NCBI GenBank assembly: GCA_024640545.1
Contig: JAHEEU010000267.1
Coordinates: forward strand, 4,223 to 68,222
Origin: Geobacteraceae bacterium
GTDB lineage: Bacteria > Desulfobacterota > Desulfuromonadia > Desulfuromonadales > BM103
DNA length: 64,000 nt
Direction of reading: 5' to 3'
The notes beneath the pieces were generated by a model. It had not been told where the DNA came from. It was given only the letters and a program-made list of their open reading frames with translations, and did not search any database. Position numbers and translations under genes: made by a program. Shown in pieces: positions 39,824 through 50,085 of this stretch. How positions within the stretch are numbered: the stretch's first letter is position 1; each line of letters opens with the position of its first letter.

Positions 39824-41275
39824 ATGGCTTTAGAGATCAGACAGCAACTCAAACTTAGCCAGCAACTGGTTATGACGCCGCAGTTGCAGCAGGCGATCAA
39901 GCTTCTGCAGCTGTCACGCATGGAATTGATGGACGTCGTGCGCTCCGAGCTCGAGGAAAACCCCGTCCTCGAAGAAGGTCAGGACGCTGCCGAAGAGAAA
40001 ACCCCGGCAGAAGAGGCACATGACGCCGAGGTGGCTGCAGAGCAGGCCCAGGAGGGCGTCAAGGAGGTCGAGGGCGATCGCGACGGCATGTCGGATATCG
40101 ACTGGAAGACCTACCTGGAGAGCTACAGCCTCGGCGGTTCCACCGCGGACAGCTATGAGGATGATGAAGACCGCCCCTCTTACGAGAATCTTCTCACCAG
40201 GAAACCGACCCTCTCCGATCACCTCCACTGGCAGCTGAACCTTTCGCGTCTGGAAAACCAGGACCGGGCCATTGCCATGGAAATCATCGGCAACGTGGAC
40301 GACGATGGCTACCTGCAGGCTTCCGTGGACGAACTTGCCGGGCAGACCGGTTGCGACCCCGAGCGCATCGCGCGGGTCCTCGCCGTGGTCCAGGATTTCG
40401 ACCCGCCCGGCGTCGCCAGCCGCAATCTCCAGGAGTGCCTGCTCAAGCAGGTTGAACAGCTCGGCATGTCGGACGAACTGGTCGGCATCATCCTGAGAGA
40501 CCACCTCGACGAGTTGGAAAACCGCCGTTACCAGGTCATCGCCAGGAATCTCCAGGTCCCCCTGGAGGAGGTGTTCGGCGTGGCCAAATTCATCAGTGCC
40601 CTCGACCCCCGCCCGGGGAGCCAATACGGCCAGGAAGACGTCCACTACATCATCCCCGATATCTTTGTCTACAAAGTCAGCGACGAGTACGTGGTCGTTC
40701 TCAACGACGAAGGGCTGCCCAACCTGCGCATCAATTCCTTTTATCGCAACGCCCTGTCGGGATCAGCGCAGCTCGATGAAAAAGCCGGAGAGTATATTCA
40801 GGAAAAATTACGTGGCGCCCTCTGGCTGATCAAGAGCATCCACCAGCGGCAGCGCACCATCTACCGGGTGACCAAGAGTATCGTCAAGTTCCAGCGCGAC
40901 TTCTTCGACCGGGGTGTCGACCACCTCAAGCCCCTGGTGCTGCGGGATGTCGCCGAAGACATCGAGATGCACGAGTCCACGGTCAGCCGCGTCACCACCA
41001 ATAAGTACGTGCAGACGCCGCAGGGGCTGTTTGAATTGAAATATTTTTTCAACAGCGGCATCAGTACGACCGAGGGCGATTCGGTCGCCTCGGAGAGTGT
41101 GAAAAGCAAGATCAAGGAAATCATCGCCGCGGAGAACCCGCGCAAACCCTATTCGGATCAGAAGATCGTCGAAATCCTGCACGGCCAGGGGATCGATATC
41201 GCGCGTCGCACGGTGACCAAATACCGGGAGATGCTGGGCGTCGGCTCGTCGACGCAAAGGAAGCGTTTGTTTTAA
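39824..41275 (+). CDS. rpoN: RNA polymerase sigma-54 factor
   Basis: 483 aa. N-terminal Gln/Leu-rich region I, acidic region II, and a C-terminal RpoN box (ARRTVTKYREML). Confidence 0.97.
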   Translation: MALEIRQQLKLSQQLVMTPQLQQAIKLLQLSRMELMDVVRSELEENPVLEEGQDAAEEKTPAEEAHDAEVAAEQAQEGVKEVEGDRDGMSDIDWKTYLESYSLGGSTADSYEDDEDRPSYENLLTRKPTLSDHLHWQLNLSRLENQDRAIAMEIIGNVDDDGYLQASVDELAGQTGCDPERIARVLAVVQDFDPPGVASRNLQECLLKQVEQLGMSDELVGIILRDHLDELENRRYQVIARNLQVPLEEVFGVAKFISALDPRPGSQYGQEDVHYIIPDIFVYKVSDEYVVVLNDEGLPNLRINSFYRNALSGSAQLDEKAGEYIQEKLRGALWLIKSIHQRQRTIYRVTKSIVKFQRDFFDRGVDHLKPLVLRDVAEDIEMHESTVSRVTTNKYVQTPQGLFELKYFFNSGISTTEGDSVASESVKSKIKEIIAAENPRKPYSDQKIVEILHGQGIDIARRTVTKYREMLGVGSSTQRKRLF

Positions 41276-41360
41276 TCTGCCATGGTGTTATGAAAACCAG
41301 CGGGTATAATTGTAGCAAGACGACCCTTTTCATAAACATTTGCCAGGAGGTAAGGAAATT

Positions 41361-41906
41361 ATGCGCGTTAACGTGACCTTTCGACATATGGAAACAAGTG
41401 AACCGGTTCGTAATTATGTTGAAGAGAAGTTGCCAAAGGTCAAAAAATATATTGATGAACCCGTAGAGGCACAGGTGGTCCTCTCGGTCGAGAAGAAGAT
41501 TCGTCACAAGGCGGAAGTCTCCCTGGCCGCCAAGGGGATCACCATCAAGGCGACCGATGAGACTGCGGACATGTATGCCGCGATCGACGGGGTGCTGGAT
41601 AAACTCGAACGTCAATTGAAGCGTTACAAGGATAAAATTAAAAAACATAAACCGCTGAGCGGGCGGGAGCGCCGGGTGGAAAAAACCGTCTTCACCGCCG
41701 AAAGTATCGATGAAGGACATCCGGAACCGAGCATCATCAAGTCCGACAGTTTCCAGGTAAAACCGATGTCGGTGGATGAAGCTGTCATGCAGATGGACCT
41801 GCTGGAGAAGGAATTCCTGGTTTTCACCGATTCGTCCTCCGAAGAGATAAATGTGGTTTATCGTCGCAAAGATGGCAATTATGGCTTGATTGTACCCCAG
41901 ACCTAA
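41361..41906 (+). CDS. hpf: Ribosome hibernation promoting factor (long HPF)
   Basis: ATG at 41361 after AGGAGG. MRVNVTFRHMETSEPVRNYVEEK plus a C-terminal dimerisation domain. Confidence 0.9.
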   Translation: MRVNVTFRHMETSEPVRNYVEEKLPKVKKYIDEPVEAQVVLSVEKKIRHKAEVSLAAKGITIKATDETADMYAAIDGVLDKLERQLKRYKDKIKKHKPLSGRERRVEKTVFTAESIDEGHPEPSIIKSDSFQVKPMSVDEAVMQMDLLEKEFLVFTDSSSEEINVVYRRKDGNYGLIVPQT

Positions 41907-41986
41907 GGATATCTTTTACGGCAGGCGGCAATTCGACCGCCTGCTGTTGTTTTGTTAACCAACGCATTCGCAACCAGGTAAAACGT

Positions 41987-42451
41987 GTGATGAAAATTTC
42001 GGAGTTGCTTGAACCTGCGGCGATCGTCGCAGAGTTGCACGGGACGGGAAAAAAAGAAGTCCTCGCCGAGCTGACAGACGCTCTGCTCAAGGCTGATTCC
42101 AGCCTGGCCCGTGACGAGGTCCTCAAGGTCCTCATGGAGCGCGAGCGGCTCGGCTCCACTGGAATCGGCGACGGGGTCGCGATTCCACACGGCAAGTTGA
42201 AGGATATCGACCGACTGCTGATCTCTTTCGGCTTGAGCCGTCATGGCGTTGATTTCGACTCAATGGACGGCAAACCGGCCCACCTTTTTTTCCTCCTGGT
42301 TGCGCCGGAGGAGTCCGTCGGTGTTCATCTGAAAACCCTTGCCCGCATTTCCAAACTGTTGAAGAGTCACGCTGTGCGCGAGCGTCTGCAGTCAGCAGTC
42401 GACAGCGCGGAAATTCACCGCATCATCGCTGAAGAGGAAGAGCATCTGTAA
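41987..42451 (+). CDS. ptsN: PTS IIA-Ntr (nitrogen regulatory IIA)
   Basis: 154 aa. GIGDGVAIPHGK contains the phosphorylatable His. Confidence 0.88.
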   Translation: MMKISELLEPAAIVAELHGTGKKEVLAELTDALLKADSSLARDEVLKVLMERERLGSTGIGDGVAIPHGKLKDIDRLLISFGLSRHGVDFDSMDGKPAHLFFLLVAPEESVGVHLKTLARISKLLKSHAVRERLQSAVDSAEIHRIIAEEEEHL

Positions 42452-42463
42452 ACGGTTGAATCG

Positions 42464-43447
42464 ATGCCCCGTCTGAGTATCTCAGAATTGCTGTCCGAGA
42501 CGGAGGCCGGGCTTGACCTGGAGCTTTTGGCCGGTGAGCGTGGTCTGAGCCGCTTTGTGCAGGTGCCAAGAATTCAGAAGCCCGGGCTGGCACTGGCCGG
42601 CTACACCAAGAATCTCCACCCGGACCGCATCCAGGTCCTCGGTGCCACCGAACTCAGCTATCTCTCCGAATTATTTCAACACGACTCGGTCAAGGCAGAA
42701 GAGCATATCGTCCGGATCTGTTCGTTCGACATCTGCTGTTTCATCATCACCAAAGATCTCGAACCCCCCGATTATCTGTTGCGCGAAGTGGAAAACCAAG
42801 GGATTCCGCTGCTGCGCAGCCATCATCAGAGTTCGACCTTTATCTCCCTGCTGACCCAGTACCTGGAAGAGCGCCTGCTCGCCCAGACCAATGTGCACGG
42901 CGTCCTGGTCGATGTCCTGGGGGTCGGAATCCTGCTGCTTGGCAAAAGCGGTATCGGCAAGAGCGAGTGCGCCCTGGACCTGGTGATCCGTGGTCATCGG
43001 CTGGTGGCCGATGACATCATCAAGGTGCGGCTGAAACTGCCGGCGGTGCTCTTCGGCGAGGGCAATGACCTGCTGCATTACCACATGGAGATCCGCGGCC
43101 TCGGCATTATCAATATCAAGCACCTCTTCGGTGTGGCAGCCATCCGCGAGCGCAAGAAGATCGACCTGGTCATCGAGCTCGTGGAATGGCAGGACGGCCA
43201 CGAGTACGACCGCCTGGGCCTCGAAGAGAGCAGCTATGAACTGCTCGGGGTGAAGCTGCCTCTGCAGACGATTCCGGTGCGCCAGGGCAGGAACATCACC
43301 ACCATTGTCGAGGTGGCGGCCCGCAACCAGCTGCTCAAGGAAATGGGGTATCACAGCGCGATCGAATTCGAGGAGCGTCTGGAACAGCGCATGGCCGAAA
43401 CCGCTCGGATTCACGCCCAGTCGATCATTGGGGACAACTTGGAATGA
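42464..43447 (+). CDS. hprK: HPr kinase/phosphorylase
   Basis: 327 aa. P-loop GKSGIGKSE and the downstream capping motif. Confidence 0.93.
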   Translation: MPRLSISELLSETEAGLDLELLAGERGLSRFVQVPRIQKPGLALAGYTKNLHPDRIQVLGATELSYLSELFQHDSVKAEEHIVRICSFDICCFIITKDLEPPDYLLREVENQGIPLLRSHHQSSTFISLLTQYLEERLLAQTNVHGVLVDVLGVGILLLGKSGIGKSECALDLVIRGHRLVADDIIKVRLKLPAVLFGEGNDLLHYHMEIRGLGIINIKHLFGVAAIRERKKIDLVIELVEWQDGHEYDRLGLEESSYELLGVKLPLQTIPVRQGRNITTIVEVAARNQLLKEMGYHSAIEFEERLEQRMAETARIHAQSIIGDNLE

Positions 43448-44307
43448 AGCGGCGGCTGGTCGTGATCACCGGCTTGTCCGGGTCCGGCAAGAGTACAGCT
43501 GCCCGTGCCCTGGAAGATGCCGGCTTCTTTGTTATCGACAACCTCCCCCTGGTCATGCTCCATGATTTCCTCTCCCTGACGGACCGGGGTACCGCAAAAG
43601 TGGCCGTGGTGGTCGATGCGAGAAGCTCCGAGTTCCTGGGTGACTGCCACCAGTTGCTGGGTACGATCAAGGCCGAGGGCCATGTGGTCGATGTGCTCTT
43701 CTTCGAGGCCTCGGACCACGACCTGGTCAAGCGCTTCTCCGAAACCCGCCGCCGTCACCCCCTGGTGCAGATAGAAGGGATTCTTCCCGCCATCGGCAGA
43801 GAGCGGGAGATCATGTCCGGGCTGCGCAGCCTGGCGACGGTCATCCTGGATTCTACCGGCATGACCGTGCACCAGCTGCGCCAGAGAGTCCTGGCCCTCG
43901 TGCTCGGTGCCGAGGACCACGAAGGGCAACTGCACCTGCAGGTGCAGTCCTTCGGCTTTCGCCATGGCTTGCCGCTGGGCTCGGATCTGGTTTTCGACGT
44001 CCGTTTCCTGGATAACCCGCATTTCGTCGCGGCGTTACGCCCCAAGACCGGGCTGGACCGGGAGGTCAGCAGCTTTGTTCTCAGCCAGCCTGACTACAAG
44101 GCTTTTCTCGAGAAGCTCAAAGGGCTGCTCTTCTTCCTACTGCCACGCTACCGTCAGGAAGGCAAGACCAGCCTGACCATAGCTGTCGGTTGTACCGGAG
44201 GGCGTCATCGCAGCGTAGCCGTTGCCGAGGACCTGGCCCCCCACTTGCTCGGCGCCGGTTTTGCCGTCCAGGTGCATCACAGGGATATAGACAAGGGTGA
44301 ATCATGA
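43444..44307 (+). CDS. rapZ: RNase adapter protein RapZ (YhbJ)
   Basis: VVITGLSGSGKSTAARALED...; 287 aa; overlaps hprK and the IIA gene by 4 nt each. Confidence 0.92.
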   Translation: MKRRLVVITGLSGSGKSTAARALEDAGFFVIDNLPLVMLHDFLSLTDRGTAKVAVVVDARSSEFLGDCHQLLGTIKAEGHVVDVLFFEASDHDLVKRFSETRRRHPLVQIEGILPAIGREREIMSGLRSLATVILDSTGMTVHQLRQRVLALVLGAEDHEGQLHLQVQSFGFRHGLPLGSDLVFDVRFLDNPHFVAALRPKTGLDREVSSFVLSQPDYKAFLEKLKGLLFFLLPRYRQEGKTSLTIAVGCTGGRHRSVAVAEDLAPHLLGAGFAVQVHHRDIDKGES

Positions 44308-44705
44308 TTGGTTTGGTCGTTGCGACGCACGGTAACCTCGGGAATGAACTCCTCGCATCAGCGCAGATGATCATCGGACCGGTGCGCAATGCCAGGGCCG
44401 TGAGCATTACCCAGGAGAGCTCGATGGAGAGCATCCGCGATGCTATTGCGGCGGCAATCGCCGAGGTCGTCAAGGATGGCCACGGGGTCATCATCGTCAC
44501 CGACATGTTCGGCGGCACACCCGCCAATGTCAGCATGACTTTTCTCGAGCCGCAGGAGGTGGAAGTCCTGACCGGAGTCAATCTGCCGATGCTGCTCAAG
44601 TTCTTCAACAGCCAGGAGAACCTCGCTCTGGATGAACTGGCGGGGATTCTCAAGTCATATGGCCAGCAGAGCATTGCTTTGGCCAGCGAATACCTGCAGC
44701 GTTGA
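44304..44705 (+). CDS. PTS mannose/fructose/sorbose family EIIA
   Basis: 133 aa. MIGLVVATHGNLG contains the active-site His. Confidence 0.85.
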   Translation: MIGLVVATHGNLGNELLASAQMIIGPVRNARAVSITQESSMESIRDAIAAAIAEVVKDGHGVIIVTDMFGGTPANVSMTFLEPQEVEVLTGVNLPMLLKFFNSQENLALDELAGILKSYGQQSIALASEYLQR

Positions 44706-44718
44706 GAGGGATTGCGCT

Positions 44719-45207
44719 ATGAGCATTGTCCTGGCACGCATTGACAGCCGCCTGGTGCACGGCCAGGTCCTGGAAGCCTGGGTCCCCTACGTCAACGCCG
44801 ATTGCATCGTCGTTGCCAACGACGTCGTGGCCGGCACATCGTTTCAGCGCATGGTGATGCAGGCGGCAGTCCCCAGTTCGGTCAAACTGATCATCGGCAC
44901 GCTCGAAGAAACCGCAAGCATCCTGAGCTCTGCCGAGTTGCTCAAAAAGCGCGTCCTGCTGCTTTTCGCCAGTTCAGACGATGCCCTTAAAGCACGCCAG
45001 CTCGGGGTTTCTTTCCCGAAGCTCAATCTCGGCAACATGCACTCGAGCGCGGGCAAGGATCGCTATACCTGCACCATTGCCCTCGACCAGGAGGACATCG
45101 AGAAGTTGCAGCTGGTCGAGGACCAGGGGGTTACCATCGTTTCCCAATGTGTCCCTGCGGACCGCGAGCAGAACTGGCACAAGCTGGTTCGTTCCGGGGG
45201 GCGTTGA
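44719..45207 (+). CDS. PTS mannose/sorbose family EIIB
   Basis: ATG at 44719. ARIDSRLVHGQV contains the phospho-His motif. Confidence 0.85.
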   Translation: MSIVLARIDSRLVHGQVLEAWVPYVNADCIVVANDVVAGTSFQRMVMQAAVPSSVKLIIGTLEETASILSSAELLKKRVLLLFASSDDALKARQLGVSFPKLNLGNMHSSAGKDRYTCTIALDQEDIEKLQLVEDQGVTIVSQCVPADREQNWHKLVRSGGR

Positions 45208-45900
45208 ATGGTCGCCGGAGACTATCTCCTGGCCGGTCTGGTCGCCATGCTGACCGGGCTAGACCGGGTGGCCCTGGTCCAGGCGATGATTTCGCGCCCG
45301 CTGGTCGCGGCGCCCTTGACCGGTTGGCTGCTGGGTAATCCCATGATCGGTCTCGAGATCGGCATGCTGCTTGAACTGCTCTGGCTTGGCCGGTTGCCGG
45401 TCGGGGCAGCGATTCCCCCGGACGATACCCAGGTCGCGGTTGGAGCGACGGTCCTGGCGCTCAGCGTGGGTCCTTTGCTTGGCTTGCACGGTATGCCGAT
45501 GGTGATTCTCGCCGTGCTGGTCGCCATCCCGCTCGGCAAATTCGGCCAGGTCTTCGACCGGCTGGCGCGCCATGTCAACGACCGGCTGGCGGTGTCTGGA
45601 GAGAATGCCCTCCTGGCAGGCAGCACGCGTGGTATGGAGCGCAACCACCTTTTCGGTTTGGCCAGCTTTGCCCTGGCCAGCCTTGCGACTGCGTTGGTGA
45701 TCGTCCTGGTCGGCAGCTTCATCCTCTACGAAGCGGCGCCTTTTTTAATCGGGGCGGTGCGTGAGGCCGGTTTGAGTCTGCAATACAGCCTGGTGCTGGT
45801 GGGGGCGGCGTCGCTGCTGGGAACCATCAATGTCAATCGCAGCATTTCCCTGTTCTGCGCGGCATTTACGGGGACTTTACTGGTGCTCTGGCTGGGGTGA
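45208..45900 (+). CDS. PTS mannose/sorbose family EIIC
   Basis: 230 aa membrane protein immediately following IIB. Family call rests on context plus the hydrophobic pattern. Confidence 0.72.
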   Translation: MVAGDYLLAGLVAMLTGLDRVALVQAMISRPLVAAPLTGWLLGNPMIGLEIGMLLELLWLGRLPVGAAIPPDDTQVAVGATVLALSVGPLLGLHGMPMVILAVLVAIPLGKFGQVFDRLARHVNDRLAVSGENALLAGSTRGMERNHLFGLASFALASLATALVIVLVGSFILYEAAPFLIGAVREAGLSLQYSLVLVGAASLLGTINVNRSISLFCAAFTGTLLVLWLG

Positions 45901-45904
45901 GAGA

Positions 45905-46657
45905 ATGAAAGAACGTGGCCTTTCCTGGTTGACCCTGACGCGCATGTATCTGCGGTCGTTTCTGCTGCAGGCGAGCTGGAACTTTGAGAAGTTGCAGAAC
46001 CTGGGGTTTTTCTACCTCATTCTGCCTGGGCTGCACAGCCTCTACGGGGATGAGCTTCCGGAGGAGGTCTGCCGGCGACATGGGGGATATTTCAATACTC
46101 ACCCCTGTTTTGCCCCGCTGGTTGCGGCGACCGTCCTCCGCCTGGAAGCCCGCAGCCTCGCCGGCGAAGACCTTGCCGTGGACGTTGAGACCTACAAGAG
46201 CATGGTCATGGCTCCATTCGCGGCTATGGGTGACGCACTCTTCTGGGGCGGCATCCGGCCCCTTGCCGCCCTGATCGGGCTGCTGGTGGCGAGCCAGGGC
46301 TCCCTCTGGGCCCCGGTGGTGTTCCTGGTGCTTTTCAACCTGCCTCACCTGGTGCTGCGCGGCGGCGGGCTGCTGCTCGGTCATATGCAGGGATTAAACG
46401 CCATAGAAACGGTGCAGAAGTGCCGTCTTCCGGACCTGGCCATCCGCCTCAAGGAATCAACGACGATTTTGATCGGTATCCTGTGCGCTTACCTCTCCTA
46501 CAAGGGGTGCGAGCACCAGTCCCTTTCGGTCGTCTGGGGGTTCGTGCTGTTGCCGGTGGTCCTGCTGTTCGCCTGGATGGCCCATAAGGGAGTGACCAGC
46601 CTTTTCCTTGTTCTGCTGACAACGTCGAGCCTTTTGTTGCTGGCGCTGTTGTTCTGA
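45905..46657 (+). CDS. PTS mannose/sorbose family EIID
   Basis: ATG at 45905. The N-terminal amphipathic block RSFLLQASWNFEKLQNLGF is typical of IID. Confidence 0.8.
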   Translation: MKERGLSWLTLTRMYLRSFLLQASWNFEKLQNLGFFYLILPGLHSLYGDELPEEVCRRHGGYFNTHPCFAPLVAATVLRLEARSLAGEDLAVDVETYKSMVMAPFAAMGDALFWGGIRPLAALIGLLVASQGSLWAPVVFLVLFNLPHLVLRGGGLLLGHMQGLNAIETVQKCRLPDLAIRLKESTTILIGILCAYLSYKGCEHQSLSVVWGFVLLPVVLLFAWMAHKGVTSLFLVLLTTSSLLLLALLF

Positions 46658-46677
46658 TTGAAACCGGAGGGGAGCAG

Positions 46678-46950
46678 ATGTCGACGGAAAGTTCGGAATT
46701 CAAGATTGTCAACCGCCTGGGGCTGCATGCCCGCGCAGCCGCGCAGCTGGTACAGACCGCCAACCGGTTTGTGTCGGATGTGACGATCGCCAAGGACGGC
46801 GATGAGGTCAACGGCAAGAGCATCATGGGGCTTTTGATGCTGGCGGCTCCACAGGGCTCGCGCATCACCGTGACGGTGTCCGGTGCAGATGCTGCAGAGG
46901 CGATGAAGGTAATCGGGACTTTGATCAATGACGGCTTCGGTGAAGATTGA
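46678..46950 (+). CDS. ptsH: Phosphocarrier protein HPr
   Basis: 90 aa. GLHARAA (His15) and GKSIMG (Ser46, the HprK target). Confidence 0.9.
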   Translation: MSTESSEFKIVNRLGLHARAAAQLVQTANRFVSDVTIAKDGDEVNGKSIMGLLMLAAPQGSRITVTVSGADAAEAMKVIGTLINDGFGED

Positions 46951-48715
46951 CATAACCGAGGATACCATCCTCGTTGGCATTGCCGCGGCTCCGGGAATTG
47001 CTATTTCCAGGAGCCACCTGGTCAACCGCGACCGGATGGCGGTGATCGAACGCCGCATTTCACCGGCAGAAGCCGCTCCTGAGATCGCCGCATTCAGGGA
47101 TGCCGTGACCAGGTCCAAGGCCCAGTTGATCGAGGTCAAGGAGCAGGCCGGCAACAAGGAATTAGTCGATCACCTCTATATCATCGATACTCATCTGCTG
47201 ATTCTCGATGACGATATGCTGATCGGTGAAACCATTGCTCTCATTCGTGATGAGCTGATCAATGCAGAAGGGGCCCTCAACCGGGTGCTGCGCAAGCTGC
47301 GGCGGGTGTTCGACCAGATCAGCGACGAGTACCTGCGGGAGCGGCGCTCCGATATCGATTCGATCGGCGACCGGTTGATCCGCAACCTGCTGGGTGAAAC
47401 ACGTGAATCGCTGGCCGACATAGACGAGCACGCAATTGTTGTTGCCCATGACCTGTCACCGGCAGATACCGTGCAGATCGACCGGACCAAGGTCGTCGGT
47501 TTCGTCACCGATGTCGGTGGCCGCACATCGCATACCGCCATCCTGGCCCGCTCCCTGCGTATCCCTGCCGTGGTCGGTCTGGAAACCGTGACCTCCCTGG
47601 TGCCCGACGGCACACCGATGATCATTGACGGCAGCACCGGAACGGTGATTCTCAAGCCGTCACCGGAGACGTTCCGCGATTACCTGCAGAAGAAACAGCG
47701 CTACGATTACCTTGAATCTGAACTCCTCCAATTCCGCAGCCTGCCGGCCGAAACCATGGACGGTTATTCCCTGGCTTTGCGTGGCAACATCGACTTTGTC
47801 GATGAAATTCCCGCAGCGCGCGAGCAGGGGGCCCAGGGTATCGGCCTGTTTCGCACGGAATTCCTTTATATGACCGGCGATGGGCCTCCTTCTGAAGATG
47901 AACAGTTCAAGGCCTATCGTGCGGCCGTGGAGCGGATGGCCCCTTACCCGGTCACCATCAGGACCCTCGACGTCGGCGGCGACAAGTTTGTCCCGGAGCT
48001 CAACCTCTCTGATGAGGTCAATCCGGCCATGGGTCTGCGGGCAGTGCGCTTTTCCCTCAAGGAAATCAACCTGTTCAGAACCCAGCTTCGGGCAATTCTG
48101 CGGGCTGCCGTGTTCGGTCCGGTCCGCATCATGTTCCCGATGATCTCGGGGGTTGCCGAGGTGCGGGCCTGCAAGCAGTTCCTTGAGCGGGAGCGCCAGG
48201 AACTGATCGACGCAGGTCTCCCCTGTGGCGAACATGTTGAAGTCGGTATCATGATCGAGACTCCCGCAGCCGTCCTGATTGCTGACCATCTGGCCAAAGA
48301 AGTCGATTTCTTCTCGGTCGGCACCAACGACCTGATTCAATACTGCCTGGCGATTGACCGCGGCAACGAGCATGTCGCCTATCTCTACGAACCGATGCAT
48401 CCGGCGGTGCTGCAGGCCTTGCAGCGTATCTGCAGTGCAGCCAGGAATGCCGGCATAGAGGTCGGTATGTGCGGTGAAATGGCTGGAGAAGATATCTATG
48501 CGCTGGTTCTGATTGCCCTCGGTTTCAGCGAGTTGTCGATGAACCCGGCAAATATCTCGCGGGTCAAGCGGGTCATGCGCAAGATCAATCATTCGGATGT
48601 CAAACAGATCCTTGACCGGCTCATGTCATTGGCGACTGCCGACGAGGTTGCCGCAGCGCTCGGCAAGGAAATGCACCAGCTCTATCCTCAGCTGTTTGCC
48701 GAACCTTCCCTTTAG
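46928..48715 (+). CDS. ptsI: Phosphoenolpyruvate-protein phosphotransferase (Enzyme I)
   Basis: 595 aa. GGRTSHTAILARSL contains the phospho-His, followed by the PEP-utilising TIM barrel. The start overlaps ptsH by 23 nt. Confidence 0.95.
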   Translation: MTASVKIDITEDTILVGIAAAPGIAISRSHLVNRDRMAVIERRISPAEAAPEIAAFRDAVTRSKAQLIEVKEQAGNKELVDHLYIIDTHLLILDDDMLIGETIALIRDELINAEGALNRVLRKLRRVFDQISDEYLRERRSDIDSIGDRLIRNLLGETRESLADIDEHAIVVAHDLSPADTVQIDRTKVVGFVTDVGGRTSHTAILARSLRIPAVVGLETVTSLVPDGTPMIIDGSTGTVILKPSPETFRDYLQKKQRYDYLESELLQFRSLPAETMDGYSLALRGNIDFVDEIPAAREQGAQGIGLFRTEFLYMTGDGPPSEDEQFKAYRAAVERMAPYPVTIRTLDVGGDKFVPELNLSDEVNPAMGLRAVRFSLKEINLFRTQLRAILRAAVFGPVRIMFPMISGVAEVRACKQFLERERQELIDAGLPCGEHVEVGIMIETPAAVLIADHLAKEVDFFSVGTNDLIQYCLAIDRGNEHVAYLYEPMHPAVLQALQRICSAARNAGIEVGMCGEMAGEDIYALVLIALGFSELSMNPANISRVKRVMRKINHSDVKQILDRLMSLATADEVAAALGKEMHQLYPQLFAEPSL

Positions 48716-48841
48716 AACCAACTGGGGCTTTCGCCTCCGGTGTTGCCGGGTCCTGCCCGGCGGCAACAACTACTTGACAGAGATATGTCAAAAAGTTTAA
48801 CGTTCCCGCTCTTTAACAGCTTTCCCAAGGAGTAAGACTCA

Positions 48842-50011
48842 ATGGCTATGACAGATTTCCTCTTCACCTCCGAATCGGTTTCCGAGGGTCACCCCGACAA
48901 GGTCGCCGATCAGATATCCGATGCCATTCTCGACGCCATTATCGCCCAGGACCCCAGGGCCAGGGTCGCCTGCGAAACCCTGGTTACAACCGGCATGGCA
49001 ATGATTGCCGGCGAGATCACCACCAGCGCCTATGTGGACATGCCCGACATCGTCCGCGCCACGATCAAGGAGATCGGCTACGACGACTCGTCGATTGGTT
49101 TCGACTACGAGACCTGCGCGGTGATCACCACGATCGGTCGCCAGTCCCCGGATATCTCTCAAGGCGTCACCGAAGGTGAGGGCCTGTATGCCGAGCAGGG
49201 CGCCGGCGACCAGGGACTGATGTTCGGCTATGCCTGCAACGAAACCCCTGAATTGATGCCGATGCCGATCACCTTCGCGCACAAGCTGACCAAGCGTCTT
49301 ACCGATGTGCGCAAAAGCGGGCTGCTCAATTTCCTGCGCCCCGACAGCAAGTCGCAGGTCTCGATCCAGTACATCAATGATAAGCCGATGCGGGTCGATA
49401 CGGTGGTCGTCTCATCTCAGCATACCCCGGATGTTGCCTATGAAAACCTCAGGGAGGCGATCATTGAAGAAGTCGTCCGCAAAGTGATCCCGGCCGACCT
49501 CCTCGATGAAAACACCAAATATTTCATCAATCCAACCGGCCGTTTCGTGATCGGCGGGCCCATGGGCGACTGCGGATTGACCGGCCGTAAAATCATCGTC
49601 GACACCTACGGCGGCCAGGGCTCTCATGGCGGCGGGGCTTTCTCCGGCAAGGACCCCTCCAAGGTCGATCGCAGCGCCTCCTACATGGCCCGTTACGTCG
49701 CCAAGAACATCGTCGCGTCAGGTCTCGCTGACAAATGCGAGGTCCAGTTGGCCTATGCAATCGGCGTCGCCGAGCCGGTTTCTGTCATGATCAACACCTT
49801 CGGTACGGGCAAGATACCTTCCGACCGGATTGCCCAGATTGCCCGCGAGGAATTCGACATGCGCCCGCGCGCTATCATTGAAACCCTTGACCTGCTGCGT
49901 CCGATCTATCTCAAGACCGCGGCCTACGGCCATTTCGGTCGCGAACTGCCTGAATTTACCTGGGAGCGTACCGATCGCGCCGCATCCCTGAAGCAGCGCG
50001 CCGGCATCTGA
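48842..50011 (+). CDS. metK: S-adenosylmethionine synthase
   Basis: 389 aa. [21 protein letters not shown] and GGGAFSGKD motifs. Confidence 0.98.
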   Translation: MAMTDFLFTSESVSEGHPDKVADQISDAILDAIIAQDPRARVACETLVTTGMAMIAGEITTSAYVDMPDIVRATIKEIGYDDSSIGFDYETCAVITTIGRQSPDISQGVTEGEGLYAEQGAGDQGLMFGYACNETPELMPMPITFAHKLTKRLTDVRKSGLLNFLRPDSKSQVSIQYINDKPMRVDTVVVSSQHTPDVAYENLREAIIEEVVRKVIPADLLDENTKYFINPTGRFVIGGPMGDCGLTGRKIIVDTYGGQGSHGGGAFSGKDPSKVDRSASYMARYVAKNIVASGLADKCEVQLAYAIGVAEPVSVMINTFGTGKIPSDRIAQIAREEFDMRPRAIIETLDLLRPIYLKTAAYGHFGRELPEFTWERTDRAASLKQRAGI

Positions 50012-50085
50012 CCGGACCAGGTGGACTCCTGATTGAACGGGCGGATCGTGCTGGCGGTCCGCCCGTTTGCGTTCAAAGCTGGTGA

